A DNA stretch of 64,000 nucleotides from Lingula anatina (Eukaryota > Animalia > Brachiopoda), in assembly GCA_051362555.1 (NCBI GenBank), contig CM120643.1, forward strand, positions 25,424,848-25,488,847. Direction: 5' to 3'. The position numbers were made by a program, and so were the translations under genes. The notes beneath the pieces are model-generated. The model was not told the DNA's origin, searched no databases, and saw nothing but the letters and a program-made list of their open reading frames with translations. Positions 52,709-64,000 of the stretch are shown here, piece by piece. Positions within the stretch are counted from its first letter, which is position 1; every line of letters begins with the position of its first letter.

Positions 52709-55700
52709 GTGCAATATAATATTATCCACAGGTGTGAACAGTGTTTTTTTCAATGGTAAAAGAAGAGCAATTGGGGCAAATATAAAATAGATAACAATTA
52801 TTTTTTACCATGATAATGCACAGGGTATAGGGATGAAAAAATCCTTAGTTTTGTCGCATTTTACTCATCATACTTTTTTCCTCTCATGCAGGGGGGGGGG
52901 TTAGATAAGGAGAGGCACATGCCCACTGTAAATGCATTTTAAGATATGTGGCATTTATATGACTTAACTATTATTTTTATTGTCATTTTCAGGATTCCAT
53001 CATGCTGATTTCCTATCATCTATAGTGCCTGAGTCTTGGTAAATATAGATTTGTCACATGCCTATTTGAAAAGCAAATATTCAGAATAATTACAATAATT
53101 AAGGTTCACATTGAAATGACAACTCAGTCAATGAGTGTCAGGAAAAATTTCTATTATTGCATACCTTTTTCTTGCAGTGTGGTTTTATTGATTGTATTTG
53201 TAGCATTTAATTTTGCTTTCTTTCTATCTTCTGTCTATTGATTGTAAACAATACCTTATAAAGTGACGTGTTATTTTTCAGTCTGCTAATTGTACTGGGG
53301 ACCCTTGTGGGCGTGATTTTATAGTGAGTATCTTTTAGTACTCTTCTAGTACTGGCAGTAAGTAGTATGTATAAAACTGTACCTATCAAAACAATACCTA
53401 TAGTATTTTAATATAATAAGATAATACCAACCAAGGATTAGGATATTAGGCGCAACATAAGTTTTGGTCACTGCTATAGTGCAGGTGTTTGGTATGGAAT
53501 GCCCTGTATTGTCTACATGAATTTATTAGTGCCTCGCCCCCCCCCCCCCTCCCCCCCCCCAGGGTTTGATTATACCGAGATCATTGGAGACCAATTTCTA
53601 ATTTCATGACTACAACTTGATCATTTTATTGTGTGATAGCAATTTTCATTGAGATAAAATATGTGAAATAGTTAACTATTAAGAACTACATTGGTTGATT
53701 TTTTTTTTAGTGAAAAAAATATCAGCAACTTCAACCTTAACTTTTTCAAGTGATTCAGATTAAAATCATTGCAAAAAATGAGTGGAAATTAGCATTTTAA
53801 GAAGCCAGCAACAAAAAAGAAGTTGGGTCCTTGTTGATGATGTTTTTTTGTTGTTCATTGGTGTTTGTGTTTTATTAATTTCCATGCAAGACTGAGAAAA
53901 GTTTTTTTCTTGTTCCTATATTTCCAGTTTTGCCAGGGATGACAGCGTGTTTCCCACTCGCCTTCCACCTGATGTCTTCTTCCTGTTCCTTCTGCCACCG
54001 TAAGTTGATGAATGAATGATTATATCATTACGCGCCCAAAGCCAGCAATTCCAAATAGGAAGGTGGTACTTTTTTTTTAAGGAGACCACAATAGCATATA
54101 ACCTAAATCATATTTTGGGCAATCATTCTATGGCCAAAAAGAAGGCTTTATTGAACCCCACAAACACACTGTCTATTATAGACCTGTGATACATGTATTT
54201 CACCCCTTTAAAACACTGGTATACATTCTGGGCTTCTTATTCTAGCATATTAACTTCATCTTAGCAAAATAGTGGCAATGTTTCAGCTTTTTGTAGCCAA
54301 TTAAAGCATAAAAGAGTGGAAAACTGTCCAAATTTGAATTCAATGTTTTTTAACATGTGTTTTTTTGCATTATTTTATACAAAATTTAAGTTTGTTAAGT
54401 CTTAAACTGGACAAAAATCAATTAAATTGAGTTCAATGACAGAACTTACAGCATTTTTCTTTCCTTTGCAACTGATGTCTCTGGCCCTTTTCTAAGAATC
54501 GGACAAGATCAGTTTAGTTGGGGGGTCTAGCCACCAAAGTGTTTTATTGCTCCAATCATTGGAAACTGTCTAAGCAACAAAACTACATCTTATTCTCTCC
54601 TACAAGATCACTGCAACACTTAGAATTACACTGGGGATATATAAGATCAAATAAAGTTTGCTAGACATCTCAATGGGCAATTGAAGCTGAACATGTAATT
54701 GTACTTGGCTGATTTTGTTTGCACTGAAAGCTTTGTTAGTTCTTGTTTCTGTGTCTTACGTTTGAAGGATAAAGCTTTCAAAGCTAGAATTCTCTTGATC
54801 GATCACTGTCTTCTGATTGACCAAGTTTGTATCACATATTTGACAGAAAGAAAACCACTTTTCTCCAAACATCTCCCACAATGCTAGTCCTTACACGACT
54901 TTAAAAGATCAAAGCTGTAAAAACATTACCGTTCAGCGTTACATATTGTCAGCAGCCCTAGTAATGTAAATGTCTTCTGGCCCTTAGAGGTTTCCCCTGG
55001 CCACATTGAAGGATGAGTTTTCTGGAGATAGTGGCACTTTTCATCTCATGACAACAGATTAGCACATTAGTAAACCTGTTATCCTTGTGCCTCCAGGGGT
55101 TGGAGATCATTGGAAGGTTAACATATGCATACGTTTCGGCATGAACACGTTTGCTATTTCATGCCAGAAATTTTGTGGATTTTTTCCTCCTGCAGTGTAC
55201 ATGCTATCCCATAACAACATGCATTTGGAGGATTCTTAACTTGAAAACATAGACTGTGTTTTTGGGAAAGCAGGGAGGGGGTGGGGGGTACACTTGAGAC
55301 TGGAATGGGGTGGGTTAAGCAGATGCACACTGTGCTTTCCCTGAATCTGCCATTTTATAATAAGGTCGTTACACAAAATTAACTGTGAGAAACTGCCAGT
55401 GGCTGCCACTCCCATGTTAGACTCTTCAGACATACTCGACGCTGTAATTTAAGGACAAATGGTCCAACCCAAAGTGCAAATCCATAGTCCTTCGAGACAT
55501 TGAATGTTGCACTAAATGAAATGAATATCAGAGAATTAGGTAGTAACAATGATGTTCAGACATTGTGGATGGACTGGTCTATGGTTTTGAAGCTTATACA
55601 TAATATATTATTTTCATATTCTGTGGTATACGTAAGATTATTTTCCCAAATATTAACAATTCAAAATTTCTTTTAAAATTGGTGTTCATTTTCATGTGAA

Positions 55701-58700
55701 AATTTTGTGGTTTTTGAAATAAAAATTAATTATTCTTCATTTAATTTTTTGCGATTGAAATAGTTAAATCACAAAGATTGCATTCCCATAACCACCATTG
55801 GTCTACATGGCTCGCCCCAACTCGGGGACTCTTGCTAAGTGCAATCAGCTAAACAGATTAACATGTCCCTTCCTGGTGTTTTAACAGTAGGAAACAGAGT
55901 AGAATAGAGATAAGCTGGTGATTAATCGAGTACATTGGAAACAAAATGAAGCGTGTCATTCAATTAAGCTGATTGCACTTAGCACGTCCCCACAGAATTG
56001 GAGACTGATGGTGTGTTTATTGGAATGGGGTCGTAGATTAGTAGTTTATCAGTCCAAATTGTAATAGATATTTATCTTTTTTTTTTTTTTTTTTCAGCAT
56101 TATTCTGGAGTCGGCCTATAGTCTTCATGACCGTGTGTTCTTCCAGAATGTTGGTACAGTGATTCTATATGCTGTGGTGGTGAGAGTTATATTTATAGCT
56201 TCAACAAATGTTCCTACCCAGAGTGCCACACCTTAACCAAAGCATGTTTTGGTATTTTTTAATACAGACAGTGCTTTCATTGTACTGTCATTACACAGTG
56301 ATTGCTTTCAAATTGAATATATATATATATATATTTTTAATTTTAAATGAATATGTTACCCATGTGGTTCCATCTGAGGCAGACTTTTCATCTACCTTGG
56401 CTCAGGTACATTGTAGTATACAAGATTTCAAAGTCTAGCAAAAAGACCTAATATAGTATTTAATCTTTTTAAGTTTTTTGATTTCATTTAATTACCTTAA
56501 AGAAGGATGAGATTGGGATTTTTTCATGTCTTATTTGATTTAATCATTTTCTGAAGTTGGATTGTACAACATTCAGTTAAGTTGACATTCTCGAATCAAA
56601 TATATCCTACTGTTTATTTTCATTTCAGGGGACAGTACTCAACTGTTTCCTACTTGGTAAGTGTCTGTTAACAATATCTTTTATTATATAATATATGTAA
56701 GCTTTAGATTTACCAGTTTTAAATTATCAAATTTTACGGCATTCTTGATTAGATTTAGGTGGATTTCCTTTTTGGTGGTGCATTTTCAATATAATTTGAG
56801 TCATAACTTACAGCCCCTTTGCAAATGTTTTTCGTAATTTGTACAAGAATGAATGCATTATAATAGTTATTTTGTGTGGAAAATATTACTGACAGTATGG
56901 AGCCAGTAGGATGACTCGTGACTTAGAAAACTCATAATAAACAATTTTTTAATCAGTGTCAAAAGCAATTTTCCCATCCATCATCCTTTGCTTCCCTGAT
57001 TTCAGTAGTACAAATGTGTGTATGTTGTACCCCTGATATTCACAGAAATATTTATTAGACTTCTCTGAGTCTTTTAATTAAAACAGACAAGCAAAATTAA
57101 TCAGTCTTGACAAAAATAATATTTAAAAGGTAAGTAGACTGTACAGTACATACTCTCTGATATCACTTAGTCTAGCCATTCAATAAGTACACATATTTCA
57201 TTTACTTTAAGCTAATAAAGGAATTGATGATAGAAGTTATTAAGCATTGTGATGGATTGCAATATCTTAATATATGTGTTTTTATTGTCTGTTTATTTTA
57301 ATAAAATCTCTTGAGTAATTCATATGTTTGATTAATGATATAATATATTTACTAGATGTCTTTTGTATTTTTTCTTGCTCTGGTTGTAGACTTACTATAT
57401 TGTCAGCCTTATGATATTTCCTAAGTATCAGAGCTGGGGGGGGGGGGGGGGGGGCTGAGAATTTCAGGGGCATTTGGTTGAAGTTGATCAGGCCAATCAC
57501 AAATTCATCAAAATCTTGGTGACAGTATTGATGGATGTGCCCCTGTGGTGCAGTAAACATAAGCCAAGCTTGCTGCTAATGTACGTCAGATCGTTATTAA
57601 ATCAGATGCATGCACAGATTAAAAAAAGCGTAGGGTGTACCGGTTCAGGTATACATGCCATATAATATATATTGCCACCCTCTAGCAATATATGCCTGGA
57701 ACTCTTATTGCTGACACTCGAGGTGTTCTGACAATAACGCTTGGGTGACAATGTATCGTCTTGCACAAAATACTTCTTAGTTAATACATGACTCTACTAG
57801 TGCTCTCATAGCTGGAGTAGATATGCATGTGCAAGTCAAGCAGTATAATTACATGATGCCAAATGAGGAGTCATACCCCAGCCAGTCATGGTTGATTAAA
57901 ACCATAATGATTAAAGCACTCACAGGGACAGTATTGTTACATTTTCTCTTGATGGATGATGTATTAATTTCAATATATATCACCGTGAATAATTTGGAAA
58001 AAAAAATGTAATGATCCCACTGTATTTTCCTGGCTGCTTGTTGGGAATTCATCTGACTAATTGCAATCAAGATAAAAGGTTTCTGGTGACAAAAAACAAG
58101 TTACTTCATATTACATCTCACTCCAAAGTTTCCATGATTAAAACACTGGCTGTACAGGTGCAGCCTCAGGAAAGAATCTTAATTTTCTGAGCAAAAACCA
58201 TGATCCTAGCCCAATTACACGACTGCAAAGATCATTGATCCATTATCATCAGTAGTACATGAATGGTTTTTGTTACAGTATTTTTGTGTTTTGACACACA
58301 TATTGATTCAGAGGAAAATTCTTTTTTTTTTTTTTTTTTTTTTTCGTAATTACCTGTTCCCACATTCTCATAAGGCTGGTTATTGATTTAGTGTATAAAA
58401 GTACACAAAAAACTTAATGATTAGAAATTTTATTTTTAGCACAATATTGTCTTGAAATGTACAGAAATAAATAGTTCTATTTTTAGCATCATTTTGTTTT
58501 GTAATAGCAGGCTGTACATGCTATATTCTATTAGTACATCTATTAAGTGTAAAGTACAAAAAATTTGATAAAGTTTTATTTTCAGAACAATTTTGTTTTA
58601 CAATCACCAGTCCTACATGTACTATTTATATGTTAAGTATAAAAGTGCAAAAAAGGTATAAAAGTAAATTTTATTTTGAGCTCAGTATTGTCTTGTAATT

Positions 58701-61700
58701 GCAGGTCCCACTATCTATGGGCTATCCTTGGTTGGGGCACTGGGAGAGATTGATATATCCTTCACAGAGTGCCTCCTCTTCAGTTCTCTCATAGTGGCTG
58801 TCGACCCTGTCGCTGTGAGTATCTGGAAATAGGGGATAGAACTACCAGAAGACAGTCCTATAGCTAGGCTAGGCTTCTGCCAGTCAGCTATAATGACATT
58901 TTTTCAAAGTTGAATAAAAGGATAAAACCTATTTAAGATTGTTAATAATAAAAGTCTCTTTTAAGACTATTCTAATACAACTTACTCTTAGTAGTAGACA
59001 CAGAAAATGCAAATCAGACCTTGGAAATAGTTGCACTGCATCAATTTTTGACAAATATTTCAAATAGACTAAGTGCATTCAATTATTAATGCATCTTTAA
59101 ATTAAAGTATTTAATCAAAAGCTGGTTTTGACAGTAAATATATGTAGCTTTCATATAATATTTTTTATCCTTCATTTTGCATCAACATTTGGGGCTGGCT
59201 GTGTCAAAGCTGATATTACCCAGCTTTTCATTATGACAAATAGGATAGAAACCTTACTTTAGAAAAAGAAAGAAGCATTGCATTTCGGTGATTAACCATT
59301 TAAACTAGGAGTGACACCTAGTGGTGAAACACAGACACCTGAAACCTGTGCATCTCCATATTTTCTTTCTTTTCTTTTTCAATCAATAAGTATTCATCTC
59401 TGATGTTATCACTGATCACAAAAAAAGACAATATCTATTATCTCAATTTTCATGATATTTATCTCATGTTTGACTGCCTGTCTGAAGAATACAGTTTGCT
59501 ACATTTGATTTAATGTATATTATATTCTAAGGGTGGAGCTATATCATTCAAATCATTGCTGTACAAATTATTATTTTATTTCTCTTTTTATTTAAAGGTT
59601 CTAGCCATTTTTGCAGAGATCGGTGTGAACAACGTGTTGTATATATTGGTATTTGGGGAGTCGTTACTGAATGGTAAGTCATGGCACCTAGAAAATGGAG
59701 AATATCAATGGTGACTGATTGTTTACACAGAAAATCTTGAAGCAAAGATCAAATTACTCCTCATCACACAATCAATATTTCGGGGCACTATGGTATTACT
59801 TGGTTGTCAGGACATAAAGGAAAGAAGCTTTACTGCTGATCATGAGCACTTGGATATTGTCTGTATACATGCCAGTGTTATTAATTTGCATGGCACAGTA
59901 CCAAACTACAATGGATACCAAAAAATGTGGGCTAGCTGCTGAATGTTGAAAGATGATAATGCAGAAAAGAAAAGGAAATCATTTAACGGATGGTTAACAA
60001 CCAAACATCAAAACACAGGAATCCATGAGATAGTAATATGAGGATGTAATCCTTTACAAATTGATAAAACAGGATGTTATGAAATGGCTTCCCCCCTCCC
60101 CCCACAAAAACAAACAAAAAAAAGGGGATAAATAAATAAAAAAAATTCATATCAAGTATTCTTATGTCAGAAATTATGACTGTGCTTTTGTCAAATTTTT
60201 CATTGTACTTTGGAACGTCCTTTGGAAAATTTAGAAAATCTTACTTGCTCATGGTGGACTTTCATGATCATTCATCGTGATCCAAAACACTCAAGTCCTC
60301 CTGCAGGTATATTGTTAGGACAGTAGTTTGCTTTCTCAAGCTTAATTACCTATCTATCCTTAGAGAATACTGACTTTATCTCTTCAATTAAGTTAGTCAA
60401 AGTAATAAAAGAGATTACAGTTTTTGTAGCATCTCCTCCCGGAAATTTGCTTTCTACAGTCAAAAAAAATTTCATCAAAAGGTACATGATTAGCAAACTA
60501 GCTGCAGAGCTTTTGTTGTAGAAACTGCAAACTCGCAAGATTTAAATCCCTTCAGTATTCCAATATTCATTATTTCTTTTTTCAACATTTATTATTTTTA
60601 GTAGACTTTAATATTATTTGTCATTACATAAGTCAACTTCCTTAATTATCAGAGCTCTGTCTTTTTAGCCAATAATAACTAAAAACATTTTGGGGAAATA
60701 CAATCAATTGATTTTTGGAATTTAGAAATTACCATGGCCAAGAATTGCACGAGACATTTTATTAGGGAAAACATCCAGCAGTGAAATATTGACTCTGTTA
60801 TCATGCCTTCTGGGATTTGTTCTTCTTCCAAATAGATCCCAAAGGGAGCAAATCATATCTTTTTGGTGATACCTAAATTACGGTGCAATGCCGCACATTA
60901 ACCCAGTAGACCTTAGAAGAATGAAGTCTATAGCATTCTTATCAGAAATAATTCCCCAGCAAAAAGGTCCCTGGAGACCAAAATGCATTTTCTGCCATAA
61001 CACCAGAAATCTTTATGCTGCTTAACATATAAGTACTGGTAACGACTGCTGGAATTAGTCCTGCACGACTTGGGCTCTGTTTACAACCAAGTTGATCCCC
61101 GGACTAACTGAGCTGTGGATCAAATATGGCACAAAAGCATACTTCTTAATCCCTTACATAATCCTCTACCCCTGCAGGAACAGCAAACATGGGATGGGGG
61201 GGGGGGGGGGGTATCATTAGGGATTTATGTGGCAGGCTTAATTTCAAGTGTGCGCCATATTTGATCCACAGCTCAGTTAGCGAAGCAACTTAGTTGTGAA
61301 CAGAGTCTTGAACAGTCATTGTACTTTAGCTTCTTACATGTGTGCATCATCTGCAAATGTATGTTAGGCTCTATTCCCATAGATTTTAGATCGATCTATC
61401 CCCGTGGGGAGTCTCACTAGATTACTTTCAGATAATCCGACTTAAATGTCCGTCCCGCCTACTACAAGCTGTAAGGGGGTAATTAACTTTCATGTCCGCC
61501 CAGCTGACAGCTATTTAGCGTGAACCCCCAGGGAGTTAGGTTGATCTAAAGTAGGTTGATCTTATCTATGGAAATGGGGTGTTAGATTATGATATACATG
61601 TTTTGGCAGATATTTGTGTTGAGATTTATGAGAAAAAGACCTGGCAGTCTAGAAAATATATATTGTTTAACAGTCTTACCACCTAATTGTGTTATCTTTG

Positions 61701-63766
61701 ATATGATCTTTTAACCTGACGTTAAAATTAACATGCAATTGCACTTTCATTGTCATTTGCTTTTTGGTTTTTGTAATTTAGATGTTTGATTGGGGTGATC
61801 AACCTTGTAACAAAATCAATACAATTCACTGGAAATAAGATTGCATCTCACGCAGTGAAGAGGGATTATATAGATTCTTTCCCAAGGTTACAATTTTGTT
61901 TAAGTACATTGGATTGGTTCATTATACTTCTAATTAGCAGTTTATCTTCATCGCACACTTTCCTGATTATTATGTCATGTTTCAACAGAATGATTTGGCT
62001 TAGTGTCACATATGGAATGTGATCCAGACATTTGCACAGAGTTAGATATGTTACAGTCTTGAAACAGATATGGATATGTTTGAATCTTGAAAGGTGGCTG
62101 TCACCCTAGCTGAGTCTCAAATTAATAATGATTGGTAACTCAGCAGTATAAATGTATAATTTTGTGATAGATTAGCCTACGTCCTTATTGTAATATATAA
62201 TTGCACGCCCATAGGCAGGGGGTGGGTTTGGGGGTTCAAACAAATTGTCCTTTTTGCCAGGAAAAGATCTGCTCTGGGTAAAAATTGATCTAGGTGCACA
62301 AAGGTTTCATGGTCAAAGGTCCACTTTAGAAAAGAATCTTTGAAATTTCTGGCTACTGGCCTGAATTGCAAGTTTATAGGGACCATTTCCAGGCCCTATC
62401 GTACTAACTGTGGATCGATCTATCACTTAGGGTATTCTCGCTAAATTGCTATCAGCTTAAGCAGCTTAAATGTCTGTCACGCCTACTCAAGCTGCTAGGG
62501 GGTATTTAATTATCGTTTAGCAGCTTCAGTAGGCATGCCAGACATTAAAATCACTTAAGCTGAAAGCAATTTAGTGAGAAACCCCTTGGAGATGGTTCAA
62601 TCCTGTTAGGTTGATCTAGGTATGGGAACCCAGTCACAGCAGTTTGTTTGAACCATTTGAAGATTTTTTTATCTATTAGCCATTTCTGTAAAGCATCAAA
62701 ATGGTGCCAGTAAGTGGTTTGTCAGAGAAGAAAAGGATGTAAATAAGTTAAGTCATCAGCAATCATCAAAAAGCTTTAGCAGCACAATTAGTACATCTTT
62801 TCTGAAATTTGGTTAATATATTTATTTGCTAAATGTGCATTAGGAAATTTTAGGTTTGTGTTCCCCATAGCAAAGTGCAGATAATGGTAGAATTTGATGC
62901 AATACTTTCTCCCATCTATTGACATTCTAATGACTAATTGTCTTTTTTTTCTCAAGGCCACTATTAATACTGTAACAGTTAAGTGCTATAAATTATCATG
63001 TTGATGTACTTTGCAGATGCAGTGACAGTGGTTCTTTACAACACAATGAAGAGCTTTCTAGGAATTCACGAGGCAGATGTAGGACAGGTATGTGGTTAAT
63101 AATGAATGGATGGGTTGAAATGATGTTTGAGTGGATGCCAGAAAAAATGAAGAGATTGATGATTGGGATAATGAATAAAGCAACAAATTCAATATTAATT
63201 TGTGATAAATATCATATCATAAAAGGATATGGCTTGAGCATAAGCAAGGGAAGAGGGTTTACAGAAATAATGGTACTAGTACTTTTGTCTGGAAAAAGTG
63301 TTGCTCTGAATCTATAAATACGTTACATGTATGGATATGAGGTTTTGCAGTAAAAAGGTGTATTTTTTCAGCAAATTAATCTTTCCCTTTGAAATTGCTA
63401 CCTGCAAGCCTATAGCTGATTATAACAGTGAGATGATAGAACTTTTCCCAAATGTCATCAGTTGCCCTGAATTCTATGATCTTACGATCTGTTATCTATC
63501 TGCTCATCCAAGGGGAATTCAGATATTATTAAAAATTATTTATCCTAGCTTTCCTTTTTTTTTCAAAGATTGAACCTGGTTGAGTGCACCCTGCTAATGA
63601 TATATGATAATAATTTAAAATCTACACTGATTTAATTCATCCATGCCATTGCAGATCTTCCTGGCAGTTGCAGCGTTCTTTACTGTAAGTTTAGGAGGTC
63701 TTGCCATTGGAGTCGTGCTTGGAATTTTAACAGCCTTTGGAACCAAGTTCACAGAGCATGTGCGGG
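46410..63766 (+). CDS. Plasma-membrane Na+/H+ exchanger (SLC9A, NHE2/NHE3-like), 3'-partial
   Basis: Exons 46410-46908, 52993-53038, 53282-53323, 53928-53999, 56098-56179, 56629-56656, 58705-58814, 59598-59673, 63017-63087, 63655-63766, phases consistent. Motifs: [98 protein letters not shown]. The vertebrate paralogue cannot be assigned. Confidence 0.93.
58344..58730 (+). repeat. Old degenerate tandem array (~100-bp units) resembling the acceptor region of NHE exon 58705
   Basis: ttttattttNagNNcaNtNttgtNttNNaat..cag recurs at ~58428, ~58476, ~58574 and ~58669, most copies preceded by a taagt.taaaagt.caaaaaa-like motif. Confidence 0.6.
61072..61308. mobile_element. Palindromic MITE (Harbinger-like termini)
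   Basis: GGCTCTGTTTACAAC..ctaactgagctgtggatcaaatatggcac is mirrored by gcgccatatttgatccacagctcagttag..GTTGTGAACAGAGTC. Confidence 0.75.
61367..61581 (+). mobile_element. 215-bp PIF/Harbinger-type MITE (copy 2)
   Basis: TTA TSD on both sides; reverse complement of 43136-43350 with scattered substitutions. Confidence 0.88.
62380..62632. mobile_element. Diverged relative of the 215-bp Harbinger MITE, internally palindromic
   Basis: Shares gatcgatctatc, cttaaatgtc.gtc.cgcctact, taggttgatcta; the arms tctcgctaaattgct.tcagcttaag and cttaagctgaaagcaatttagtgaga are complementary. Confidence 0.6.
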
Positions 63767-64000
63767 GTAAGATGGTATTTGATATATGTTATTGCAGTGA
63801 AATCCAACTCTTTTTTTTAGCAACATGTAAGCACCAGTTTACATTTAGCATTTGCTTTAATCTTGCTGATACTGTACCTGCATTAAATCTTATGTTGGAC
63901 TACTGTGCCACTATGCGAATTGTACATTGGCATAGTAGAAATATCATTATCTTGTTGTTGTTGTTGTTTTTATTAATTTTTCTGATTATTTTAGTTATGG

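Overview
AT-rich, intron-rich animal genomic DNA (invertebrate; mollusc/lophotrochozoan-like is my inference), not prokaryotic. Four spliced + strand genes can be built by hand from GT-AG junctions with consistent phases. (1) The 3' part of TRAPPC8/TRS85 (717-15130). (2) A small secreted protein with dibasic sites and one Notch-type EGF repeat (18423-20039). (3) A ~1388-aa single-pass membrane protein with two tandem mGluR-like Venus flytrap (VFT) domains, no 7TM domain and no catalytic domain, and a long Tyr-motif-rich tail ending in a PDZ-type motif (25514-32037). This is the most unusual item. (4) The 5' half of a plasma-membrane Na+/H+ exchanger (SLC9A/NHE2-3-like, 46410 to beyond the window end) with a His-rich N-terminus and many very small exons. 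Introns and intergenic DNA carry MITEs (a 168-bp hAT-like family with 5-bp TSDs, a 215-bp PIF/Harbinger family), tRNA-derived SINE-like pieces and microsatellites. A recurrent oddity is tandem duplication of splice-site-spanning segments (4 cases), plus two candidate in-frame microexons. All calls are from manual reading; no database search was run.
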